Of a stretch of DNA of 64,000 nucleotides, positions 1-16,568 are shown in pieces. Origin of the DNA: Macrostomum lignano (lineage: Eukaryota). The translations under genes were made by a program, and so were the position numbers. The notes beneath the pieces were generated by a model. It saw only the letters and a program-made list of their open reading frames with translations. It did no database searches and was not told where the DNA came from. The DNA lies in assembly GCA_002269645.1 (NCBI GenBank), contig NIVC01000129.1, positions 852,755 through 916,754 on the forward strand, read 5' to 3'. Position 1 is the first letter of the stretch; each line of letters starts with the position of its first letter.

Positions 1-2
1 AG

Positions 3-437
3 CAGACGGAGCGGCAGCTGCGGAAGGCGCTGTTCAAGCGGCTTCAAGGCCGCGGCGCTGATTGGCTGCATGCTGCTGAGTCCGCCGGCGGCGCCCTGCT
101 GAGACGCGGGGCGGGCAAGCATTCCACTGGCGAACGGCCGACTTCGTTAGGTTTGTCGACAACTCTACAGCAGCGTCACCTGCAGAAGCAGCATCATCAC
201 TCCTCTACGGCATCGTTGGAGTCGACGGCTTCGTTGGGGACTTCAACAACTGGCAGCTTGGAGCCGCCAAGAGTCGAGAGAAATCCGGGCCAGCTGACCC
301 GGTCTGGCAGCCTGCCGCACATGGCCGTCACCTCAGCCGATCCGCCGGTCGCCGCCAAGGCGAACGGAAAAGCGGCGTCGAAAGCGGCGGCAAAATCTTC
401 GTCCAAAACGAAAGCGATCAGCACCACCAAACTCTGA
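3..437 (+). CDS. Terminal coding exon of an unidentified gene that begins left of the window (QTERQLRKALFKRLQ...KTKAISTTKL*)
   Basis: Frame is open from base 3 to TGA at 435-437 with GC-rich codon usage like other exons here. Ser/Ala/Lys-rich low-complexity tail; no recognisable domain. Confidence 0.5.
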   Translation, partial: QTERQLRKALFKRLQGRGADWLHAAESAGGALLRRGAGKHSTGERPTSLGLSTTLQQRHLQKQHHHSSTASLESTASLGTSTTGSLEPPRVERNPGQLTRSGSLPHMAVTSADPPVAAKANGKAASKAAAKSSSKTKAISTTKL

Positions 438-444
438 TGCGTCT

Positions 445-1620
445 GCTCACTCTGCTGTCTCTGGTCTCGATTCTATCTGCCTGTCTCTATTCTCACCTTT
501 GAGTCCATTCTCAACTTCTGTCTCGATTCTCAACTTCTGTCTCTACTCTCACCTTCTGTCTCTATTCTCACCCCTGTCTCTATTCTCAACTTCTGTCTCT
601 ATTCTCAACTTCTGTCTCTATTCTCAACTTCTGTATCTATTCTCAACTTCTGTCTCTACTCTCACCTTCTGTCTCTACTCTCAACTTCTGTCTCTATTCT
701 CAACTTCTGTCTCTACTCTCAACTTCTGTCTCTATTCTCAACTTCTGTCTCTATTCTCAACTTCTGTCTCTATTCTCAACTTCTGTCTCTACTCTCACCT
801 TTGGGTCTATTCTCACCTTCTGTCTCTACTCTCACCTCTGTCTCTATTCTCAACTTCTGTCTCTACTCTCACCTTCTGTCTCTACTCTCACCTTCTGTCT
901 CTATTCTCAACTTCTGTCTCTATTCTCAACTTCTGTCTCTATTCTCAACTTCTGTCTCTACTCTCACCTTTGGGTCTATTCTCACCTTCTGTCTCTACTC
1001 TCAACTTCTGTCTCTATTCTCAACTTCTGTCTCTATTCTCAACTTCTGTCTCTATTCTCAACTTCTATCTCTATTCTCAACTTCCGTCTCTACTCTCACC
1101 TTCTGTCTCTACTCTCAACTTCTGTCTCTACTCTCACCTTCTGTCTCTACTCTCACCTTCTGTCTCTACTCTCACCTTCAGTCTTTACTCTCACCTTCTG
1201 TCTCTATTCTCAACCCTGTCTCTATTCTCACCCCTGTCTCTATTCTTACCCCTGTCTCTATTCTTACCCCTGTCTCTATTCTCACCTCTGTCTCTATTCT
1301 CAACTTCTGTCTCTACTCTCACCTTCTGTCTCTACTCTCAACTTCTGTCTCTATTCTCAACTTATGTCTCTATTCTCACCCCAGTCTCTATTCTCATCTT
1401 TGGGTCTATTCTCCCATCTGTCTCTATTCTCAACTTCTGTCTCTATTCTCATCTTTGGGTCTATTCTCCCCTCTGTCTCTATTCTCACCTCTGTCTCTAT
1501 TCTTACCTCTGTCTCTATTCTCACCTCTGTCTCTATTCTCACCTCTTCCTCTATTCTCACCTCTGTCTCTATTCTCACCTCTTCCTCTATTCTCAACTTC
1601 TGTTTCTATTCTCAACTTCG
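445..1620. repeat. 19-bp minisatellite (TCTGTCTCTATTCTCAACT)n
   Basis: Direct tandem units visible; source of spurious ORFs 499..1727. Confidence 0.95.
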
Positions 1621-1824
1621 ATTTTAATTCGATTCAGTTAACTCGAATTGACGAATTCGATTTTTTCTTTTCGTTTCCAAACTGCTCGTTAATCAAATTT
1701 TTCTTATGGTCAGCTTTTTATTCTTAATAAAACACATTGCGCGGCTTGAAAAACTTTATCATCATGCTTGACTGATAGCAGAACCGCAAATACGGAAATG
1801 TGCAAAATTTTAATGGAGCAGTAA

Positions 1825-2290
1825 CCTGCCTTTATCAATATATCAACCTGCCTTTATCAATATATCAATCTGCCTTTATCAATATATCAATCCGACTGTC
1901 AATATATCAATCTGGCTTTATCAATATATCAATCTGGCTCTATCAATCTGGCTCTATCAATCTATCAATCTGCCTTTATCAATATATCAATCTGGCTCTA
2001 TCAATCTATCAATCTGCCTTTATCAATATATCAATGTGGCTCTATCAATGTGGCTCTATCAATATGGCTCTATCAATATATCAATCTGCCTCTATCAATC
2101 TGGCTCTATCAATCTATCAATCTGCCTTTATCAATATATCAATGTGGCTCTATCAATGTGGCTCTATCAATATGGCTCTATCAATATATCAATCTGCCTT
2201 TATCAATATATCAATCTGCCTTTATCAATATATCAATCTGTCTCTATCAATCTTCCTCTATCAATCTATCAACCTGCCTCAATCAATCTA
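1825..2290. repeat. ATCAAT-based ~22-bp minisatellite (TATCAATATATCAATCTGCCTT variants)
   Basis: Tandem units visible. Confidence 0.9.
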
Positions 2291-2472
2291 ACAATTTTGC
2301 TCTATATTATATATGTAGCTAATAACCTGGCTCTATGTGCTTGATAAGAGCCTCAGTCAATGCACGCGGTTTAAAGACAGTCTATGGCTGGCTAAGGAGT
2401 TCCTTCCCGACTATTAACCGCAAATAAGTCAATCCCGCAGATTACGAGACCGGTCTAAGCACCCGCACTGCA

Positions 2473-5400
2473 ATGCAACCGCCGGCAGGCGCCACCGAGG
2501 TCGAGAACAACGATGGCGACGATGATGAGCGCTTATGCGGCGAGCAGCCAACTCTGCGCGGTTTGATTCTCTTGACATCGATTTTCCTGCTCAGCCTTGG
2601 TGGTATTATCGTGGTGTTCGCCTCGGCTGGACTGTTGAACTTCATGACTCTGGAGCTGCAGCAGTTTGCCAGCTTGTTGAAGGTGCCGACGGAGCTGTTG
2701 GATAGCAATCTGAACTGGGTGTACAAGGTATTGGGCGCCACTGGCTATGCTACCGCCAACATCGGCGCTCTGGCCGTCTGCGCGGCCTCCGGGCGGCGGC
2801 GGGCGCACTCGATGACTGCGGCTGTGACCTCCGGAGCTGTAGCTGTGCTGTACATGGCGGTGCTGATGGCAGCGGTGAAGCCCAGGATAGAACGAGTCAC
2901 TGAGGTATTGGGACTGGGGTGTTGAGACTGGGGTATTGGGACTGGGATGTTAAGACTGGGGTATTGGGACTAGGGTGTTGAGACTGGGGTATTGGGACTG
3001 GGGTATTGAGACTGGGGTATTGGGACTGGGGTGTTGAGACTGGGGTATTGGGACTGGGGTGTTGAGACTGGGGTATTGGGACTGGGGTGTTGAGACTGGG
3101 GTATTGGGGCTGGGGGTATTGGGACTGGGGTATTAGGACAGGGATATTGGGACTGGGGAATTGATACTGGGGTATTGGGACTGGGGTGTTGAGACTGGGG
3201 TATTGGGATTGGGGTGTTGAGACTGGGGTATTGGGACTAGGGTGTTGAGACTGAGGTATTGGGACTGGGGTGTTGAGACTGGGGTATTGGGACTGGGGGT
3301 ATTGGGACAGGGGTATTAAGACAGGGGTATTAAGACAGGGGTACTAGGACAGGGGTATTAAGACAGGGGTACTAGGACAGGGGTATTAAGACAGAGGAAT
3401 TAAGACAGGGGTTATTAAGACAGGGGTATTAGGACAGGGGTATTAGGACAGGGGTATTAAGACAGGGGTATTAGGACAGGGGTATTAAGACAGGGGTATT
3501 AGGACAGGGATATTAGGACGGGGGTATTAGGATGGGGGTATTAGTAGGACAGGGGTATTAGGACAGGGGTATTAGGACAGGGGTATTAGGACAGGGGTAT
3601 TAGGACAGGGGTATTAAGACAGGGGTATTAGGACAGGGGTATTAGGACGGGGGTATTAGGACGGGGGTATTAGGACGGGGGTATTAGGACAGGGGTATTA
3701 GGACGGGGGTATTAGGACAGGGGTATTAAGACAGGGGTATTAGGACAGGGGTATTAGGACAGGGGTATTAGGACAGGGGTATTAAGACAGGGGTATTAGG
3801 ACAGGGGTATTAGGACGGGGGTATTAGGACGGGGGTATTAGGACGGGGGTATTAGGACAGGGGTATTAGGACGGGGGTATTAGGACAGGGGTATTAAGAC
3901 AGGGGTATTAGGACAGGGGTATTAGGACAGGGGTATTAGGACGGGGGTATTAGGACGGGGTATTAAGACAGGGGTATTAGGACAGGGGTATTAGGACGGG
4001 GGTATTAGGACGGGGGTATTAGGACGGGTTATTAAGACAGGGGTATTAGGACAGGGGTATAGGGACTTGGGGCATATTGCGGCTAACCCACAGCCAGCTA
4101 GGCGCAATCCCACAGGCCATAATAGTGCAACAGAGGCGCTACTTCCGCGCCTACGCAGTCACAGGTGACGAGCGGTACATCAGCCAGATTCACCTGAAGA
4201 ATGGCTGCTGTGGACTGCAGAAAGGCGCCAAGGATTTCATTAAATGGGGCCGCCCTACTCTGCCGAGCAGTTGCTGCGGCCAGATGAGCGGCAACTGCAC
4301 GGCTGCGGCGGCCAGGAAACTGACCTGCAGCCAGGCCGTCAGGGACCTGTCAGGCTCCGATGGGCTCATGGAGCTCGGCTTCTTCTTCTGGGTGAGCTTG
4401 CGCAGCTGGCAGCTTATCGGAGTTCTGTCTCTGTACTTCTGTGCTAGTGTTGGCCTTCTCTCCTCTCCCCTGTCTCCTATATCTCCTCTCCCTTGTCTCC
4501 TATCTCTCCTCTCCCCTGTCTCCTATCTCTCCTCTCCCCTGTCTCCTATCTCTCCTCTCCCTGTCTCCTATCTCTCCTCTCCCTGTCTCCTATCTCTCCT
4601 CTCCCTGTCTCCTATCTCTCCTCTCCCTGTCTCCTATCTCTCCTCTCCCCTGTCTCTTATCTCTCCTCTCCCCTGTCTCCTATCTCTCCTCTCCCTGTCT
4701 CCTATCTCTCCTCTCCCTGTCTCCTATCTCTCCTCTCCCCTGTCTCTTATCTCTCCTCTCCCCTGTCTCCTATCTCTCCTCTCCCTGTCTCCTATCTCTC
4801 CTCTCCCTGTCTCCTATCTCTCCTCTCCCCTGTCTCCTATCTCTCCTCTCCCTGTCTCCTATCTCTCCTCTCCCCTGTCTCCTATCTCTCCTCTCCCCTG
4901 TCTCCTATCTCTCCTCTCCCCTGTCTCCTATCTCTCCTCTCCCCTGTCTCCTATCTCTCCTCTCCCTGTCTCCTATCTCTCCTCACTCCTCTCCCCTGTC
5001 TCCTATCCCCTCTCCTCTCTACTCTCTCTACTCTCTACTCTCCTCTCCCCACTCCCCTGCCTCCTATCTCTCCTCTACTCCGAGCATAGTAGCAGGGTAA
5101 AAAACTGGGTAGGCAGAGTAGACACTAGGGAGGCAGAGTAGACACTGGGGAGGCAGAGTAGACACTGGACAGGTAGAGTAGACACTGGAGAGGCAGAGTA
5201 GACACTGGGGAGGCAGAGTAGACACTGGAGAGGCAGAGTAGACACGCGAGAAGCAGAGTAGACACTCGGGAGGCAGGGTAGACACTGGGTAGCAGCGACA
5301 TATCTAGATGCCACTGCACAGAGCGATTAAATTATTTTTTACCCGACATTATCATGAAACTTCTTGCGCCGACCCCCCCCCCCTCCCCAAGGTCCTTGGC

Positions 5401-6861
5401 GGCACCTGCGCCGCCCTCAGCGGCCTAATGATCCTGCTGCTGGTCTCGGCTGGCCAGGACACCATCGAGCTGCTGCTGTCCTTCCGTCAGCGCGCGGAGG
5501 ACAAATGGCGCCGCCAGAAGCAGAGAGAAAGCCCGGAGCAGCGGCCCCTCGGCCTGATTTCCCACTTTGTGCGCCTGTTCGATACTAAGAAACAGAAGAA
5601 CCGGGACCGGGAGCTGCACCGGATGCTCACCAAGGCAGCCGTGGACAGAAAGAGGGCGGCTGCCGCTGGCTGGAAGCAGATGCACCCGGCGCGGAAGGTG
5701 CGCTGGGATTGATTGCTTGAGGGGCTACCCTGATATTCTAGTGTCCGCTCTGCCTCATGGTGTCTACTCTGCCTCCCCAGTGTCTACTCTGCCTCCCCAG
5801 TGTCTACTCTACCTCCCCAGTGTCCGCTCTGCCTCATGGTGTCCGCTCTGCCTCATGGTGTCCGCTCTGCCTCATGGTGTCCGCTCTGCCTCATGGTGTC
5901 TACTCTGCCTCCCGGTGTCTACTCTGCCTCCCCAGTGTCTACTCTGCCTCCCCAGTGTCTACTCTGCCTCCCCAGTGTCTACTCTGCCTCTCCAGTGTCT
6001 ACTCTGCCTCTCCAGTGTCTACTCTACCTCCCCAGTGTCTACTCTGCCTCCCCAGTGTCTACTCTACCTCCCCAGTGTCTACTCTACCTCCCCAGTTTCT
6101 ACTCTGCCTCATTGTGTCTACTCTGCCTCCCCAGTGTCTACTCTGCCTCCCCAGTGTCTACTCTGCCTCCCCAGTGTCTACTCTGCCTCCCCAGTGTCTA
6201 CTCTACCTCCCCAGTGTCCGCTCTGCCTCACGGTGTCCGCTCTGCCTCATGGTGTCTACTCTGCCTCATGGTGTCTACTCTACCTCTCCAGTGTCTACTC
6301 TGCCTCTCCAGTGTCTACTATGCCTTCCCAGTGTCTACTCTGCCTCCCCAGTGTCTACTCTGCCTCTCCAGTGTCTACTCTGCCTCCCCAGTGTCTACTC
6401 TGCCTCCCCAGTGTCTACTCTGCCTCTCCAGTGTCTACTCTACCTCCCCAGTGTCTACTCTGCCTCCCCAGTGTCTACTCTACCTCCCCAGTGTCTACTC
6501 TACCTCCCCAGTTTCTACTCTGCCTCCCTAGTGTCTTCTCTGCCTTTCCAGTGTCTACTCTGCCTCCCCTGTGTCTACTCTGCCTCCCCAGTGTCTACCC
6601 TGCCACCCCAATGTATCGGCTCTGTCGCCCTAATGTCTGGCATGACTCTTGCTACCACCACAGCCCCTTTGGAAGCTGGCACAGTCGCCGCAGTCGCCGC
6701 AGACGCAGCTGGCTCTCAAGGCCCAACGCGAGGCACAGGCGGACAAGCTGCGCGCGCTGGAACGGCAGGAGACTCAGGCGGCGAAAGCGGCCCCGCCCAG
6801 GCCGTCAGCGTCGGTGGCTACGCGGCCGGCAACTTGGCCGCACTTTTGGAAGAAAAGATGA
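2473..6861 (+). CDS. Tetraspanin-family protein, ~409 aa, with an extended C-terminal tail
   Basis: Predicted exons 2473-2904, 4098-4391, 5392-5697, 6664-6861, all phase 0 with GT-AG. Exon 1 has three hydrophobic segments. Exon 2 has the EC2 motifs GCCG and PSSCC. TM4 spans exons 2/3 (MELGFFFW-VLGGTCAALSGLMILLLV). Exon 4 is less certain; without it exon 3 reads on to TGA at 5710-5712. Confidence 0.8.
2905..4060. repeat. Intronic G-rich minisatellite: 28-bp (GGGACTGGGGTGTTGAGACTGGGGTATT) grading into 14-bp (AGGACAGGGGTATT)
   Basis: Tandem units visible; fills tetraspanin intron 1. Confidence 0.95.
4455..5075. repeat. 23/24-bp pyrimidine-rich minisatellite (CCTGTCTCCTATCTCTCCTCTCC)
   Basis: Tandem units in tetraspanin intron 2. 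Confidence 0.95.
5105..5290 (-). repeat. 20-bp minisatellite (GGGGAGGCAGAGTAGACACT)n, reverse complement of the array at 5740-6605
   Basis: The unit is the exact reverse complement of AGTGTCTACTCTGCCTCCCC. Confidence 0.9.
5740..6605 (+). repeat. 20-bp minisatellite (AGTGTCTACTCTGCCTCCCC)n
   Basis: Tandem units visible. Confidence 0.95.
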
Positions 6862-7089
6862 AACGAGAAGCGGAGATCGAAACTAAAAGGCTGAATGAGG
6901 TTGCCAAAAAATGATGACAGTATTTTCGCGATGTACTTTTGAGAGTCGGATGATAGATTTACAGTATGGATTCGCGATGTATTGCTTGAACTGCTGGCAC
7001 AGTCGGAACTAGACTTCACCGGTGCAAGGAGTGAAACTATCAGTATTTTCAAATCCTTCCTAATCTGTTCCCCTCCACATCTCGCCTCT

Positions 7090-7360
7090 ACTCTCCCTGT
7101 ATCCACCTCCCTCTCTGTATCCACCTCCCTCTCTGTATCCACCTCCCTCCCTGTATCCACCTCCCTCCCTGTATCCATCTCCCTCCCTGTATCCACCTCC
7201 CTCCCTGTATCCATCTCCCTCCCTGTATCCACCTCCCTCTCTGTATCCACCTCCCTCCCTGTATCCACCTCCCTCCCTGCATCCACCTCCCTCTCTGTAT
7301 CCAACTCCCTCCCTGTATCCACCTCCCTCTCTGTATCCACCCCTCTCCCTCTTTCACTCT
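7090..7360. repeat. 18-bp minisatellite (CTGTATCCACCTCCCTCC)n
   Basis: Tandem units visible. Confidence 0.9.
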
Positions 7361-8007
7361 CTCCCCCTCTCTACCTCTCTGTTTCGATCTCTCTCCCTCT
7401 TCCCCCTCTCTTCCCACAGAGACCCAATTCTCATTTCCTAGTTCTATCAATACCTACCTCGTATTTTATTCACAAAGTTTTGGGTTTATTAGTGTATCAT
7501 TTTCACAGCACTTGTAACTGCAGTAAGATAGCCTGTTGTAAGCAAATGCCAACTGGATAAGATGCTGATTAGATCAATACTCTTAATAAATCTTGAGCTT
7601 GAGTCGCCCAACCTCTGTCAACCAAAAAGTCAACCAAAAGTCAGTCAACCAAGATTGATTCCCAAAAAGTACATTTAGAATTTCCTACCCTTGGCTTAAA
7701 CAAATAGTCTATGGCAAATCGGAGTTCGGGCTCCAGATACAGTCCGCAGAGGATAGTCTGTGGCACAACCCAGCCTCAGCAGCTCTATACTGTCCCAGCG
7801 GGAGTCCCGTGCACAGCATCGTAAATCAACCAATCAATTGTTGCTACCTAGAAAAGATAATTCAGTGCAAATAAATTCTCCCGCAAAACCTTCGATTTAG
7901 AAAACTAACTCTTACTTAATAAAATAATTGCTGCTTTCATACTAAACCGGTACACACACACCGATTACTGAGTTTGAACTCTGGTAGGACACTTGGATTA
8001 CGGCACA

Positions 8008-13563
<5,556 letters not shown>

Positions 13564-13744
13564 ATGACTTCAACTGGATCTCCACACTTGATTGCTTGGA
13601 ACAGAACAATAAACTTCTCAATGTCTCTTTTAGTGTAATAATTTCAAATGCGCTCACTAATTTTGGGAAAAAATGATTCCATCAGTAAAGCCAACGGACG
13701 AGGAGGCCTGCAGCCGTAAGTTAAATTGGATTTATGGCGGTGCG

Positions 13745-14215
13745 TGGGCGTAATGGGTGGAGGGTAAAGTGGGGTGATAGGCGTAATGGGGTTGAGGGTG
13801 AAGTGGGGTGATGGGCGTAATGGGGTTGAGGGTGAAGTGGGGTGATGGGCGTAATGGGGTTGAGGGTGAAGTGGGGTGATGGGCGAAATGGGGTTGAGGG
13901 TGAAGTGGGGGGATGGGCGTAATGGGGTTGAGGGTGAAGTGGGGTGGTGGGCGTAATGGGGTTGAGGGTGAAGTGGGGTGATGGGCGAAATGGGGTTGAG
14001 GGTGAAGTGGAGGGATGGGCGTAATGGGGTTGAGGGTGAAGTGGGGTGATGAGCGTAATGGGGTTGAGGGTGAAGTGGGGTGGTGGGCGTAATGGGTGGA
14101 GGGTAAAGTGGGGTGATGGGCGTGATGGGGTTGAGGGTGAAGTGGGGTGATGGGCGAAATGGGGTTGAGGGTGAAGTGGGGTGATGGGCGTGATGGGGTT
14201 CAGGGTGAAGTCAAT
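13745..14215. repeat. 33-bp G-rich minisatellite (GGGGTTGAGGGTGAAGTGGGGTGATGGGCGTAA variants)
   Basis: Tandem units; equivalent array at ~43820-44445. Confidence 0.93.
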
Positions 14216-16568
14216 GTGGAGGGTAAACATGTGTGTCAGGGGTGGCGGGTGTCTTGGTGCAATCGCTGGGTCTCATGGGGTGGCGTGGCGGTGTCTAATG
14301 TACATACTGTATGTGCAGATAGTGTACATAAAATTATTTAAACTAAAAAATTCCAGCATCAGGTGCTTGAGCATTTTCACAACCATTAACAAATCGTAGT
14401 ACACTACTTGTTAGACTTTATATCAGTAGTCAGGTTGGAATCGTTGATTAATGTTTCTGATTCTTGCTACAAGCAAATTATATCAATAGAATCGAAACCA
14501 AATTCTTGTCAAAAATCAGCCTCAATGCAACAAACAATATCTAGTTTTTCAGTGGCTTTATTTTATCAAAAAAGCTAAATACGAGTACGAGTAACACTTT
14601 GCGTAAACAATTCTGAGAGCATTCTAAATAATGCCATAGAAACGCTACGCCGTAGAAACGGGACTGGGATCTAAATAATAATTACCTCGACTATTTAACA
14701 TATTGGCTGGCAAAGCAACGGTATTAGAAAGTCAACTGTAATTAAAATTTTCTGACTTTGTCGGCTTCGCCATCGGTTTCCTCCACGCTAAGCTCCTGAG
14801 CCGCACTGCTGCTTTGCGCCTGCCGCAGTCTTCACCGGGTTCCCGCATGTTGGAGGTGCTCAGCCACGGCTAGCTAGGTCGATGTCTGTGGCTGTTGGGT
14901 CCTTGAAGACGCACCAGATTGCCACTGAAAATAATTAGGTATTTTGTGTCAATAGATGCTTCCCTTCAGCTTTTATCCTGGCATAAGTTTTCTGTTCTGC
15001 TATTTTATGTTTCTTGACCTTTGTCTGCTTCCTTGGACCTGTCAACACAAGGAGCCACTTCGCACCCATGGATCAAGTTAAATTCAAAAGTAGCTTTTGG
15101 CTTGCTGTTGGCACAGTTTTTTAGGGAGAGGCTGAGGATGGTTAACTGCTTAATTCTTTAATGGAAAATACTCCATTTACGCCTGTAGTAGCAACAATAG
15201 TTGATTGAGCCGAAAAATATATCACAGAGAAGACTCTGTGACTGAAGATGATCACGTCCCTTTTCTTTTGGGCGGGCAGCCCCAAATATGATCAATATTC
15301 TGAAGTATAATGCTTTCAATAGACGGAGTGATTAAATCCCAGCCACTCTTATGGGTGTTAAAATCCGCCCCTGCATTTTATATTTATTTAAATCCTTCTC
15401 TTTGGAAATATTTATGTAAAACTCGTGTGAAAACCGTGCAGAAATTTATATCAATTTGCCAAACAATAGAAAAAATAGTACAGAATTTTATGCAATTTCT
15501 TTTTCAAATTATATTGGTGATATTGGTGAACTTTTTCAACGTTTTTCGATTGCTACTCTTAGTAATACAATGTGGATTACACAAGTTAAACTAGTAAGTT
15601 AAAGATCAAACGTTGAAATAATGTTGTTGCCATGTTGTGTTGCAATCATAAGATAGAAATAATTTCCTTTCGTTGTAACAACAGCATATGGCAGCCCGGG
15701 GCTAAATGACTTCAACTGGATTTTTGACGTCGTGGGGTGGAGGCTGCTGGGTATACAGTAACGAGGTTGTGGGTGGCAAATGTACATAGTATATGTGTTA
15801 TTCACCAGAATAATTTCAGCATCAGGTGCTTGAGCATCGTGCAGGTGCAAAAATGTATTTCATTTAATAATTTTTGTGAAGACACCATAATTTGCGAATC
15901 TGTGTACTTTTCTGAACAATATGCCAACATTGATCTGCGGTCTAACCTGTATCCAGTATATTATTTATTACAAATTCGATTCTATGATTGTGTGAAAACG
16001 AACATGAAACTCCTCTACAATATTATATTTTTAAATGCGCTCACTAATTCCGGAAAAAATAAACATCATTGAAAACAATCGCATATATTCCACAATTATC
16101 CACGTTGCGACTGTTTTTTGCTTTAGTTTCGATCTAGTTTTCTTGTAAATGCTCACCCGCTTCGAGTCTGACGCCTTAATGCTGGAGTTGATAACTAATT
16201 ATAATTGTGCACAAAGCCTTCTCAGTGGTAGATTTTGTAGTATGTTGGTTGCATCGTTTAGAATTTTTATTTACCCAGCAAACCGGTCAAGTTCACACAC
16301 TTCGATCAATTTTATTACAAAAACTCTCCCGGTCGTCCTTTTAACGCCATTATAAAGAAGACCATTGTAAAGAACTTTTAACCAGGCATAATGACAAGTC
16401 AAAACGGCCATTATTACACCATTCAGTGACTCCACCGGCAGATTTTTCCAATTGATAAGAGCAGGCGTATACTGCATGTTATGATGTTATTAAACTAATG
16501 AAATTCTATGACTAAGTTATAGACTATCCAATTATGTTATCTGATTGTAAACTCAGATAATCAATGTA

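Noticed and set aside
499-2344. Long ORFs (up to 380 aa) in the first repeats
   Set aside because: They are translations of 19- and 22-bp minisatellites that lack stops, with no domain or splice context.
5567-6914. ORFs of 439, 385 and 243 aa, including the ..LLEEKMKREAEIETKRLNEVAKK tail
   Set aside because: Mostly minisatellite. In the unique part, the 6664-6861 frame has the better acceptor and codon usage, so the other frames are treated as shadows.
13686-13715. Apparent 30-nt micro-exon (CAG|...|GTAAGT) after the CUB-LDLa stop
   Set aside because: Splicing it in would destroy the last Cys of LDLa8. It is better explained as a decayed LDLa start in which CGT AAG encodes RK.
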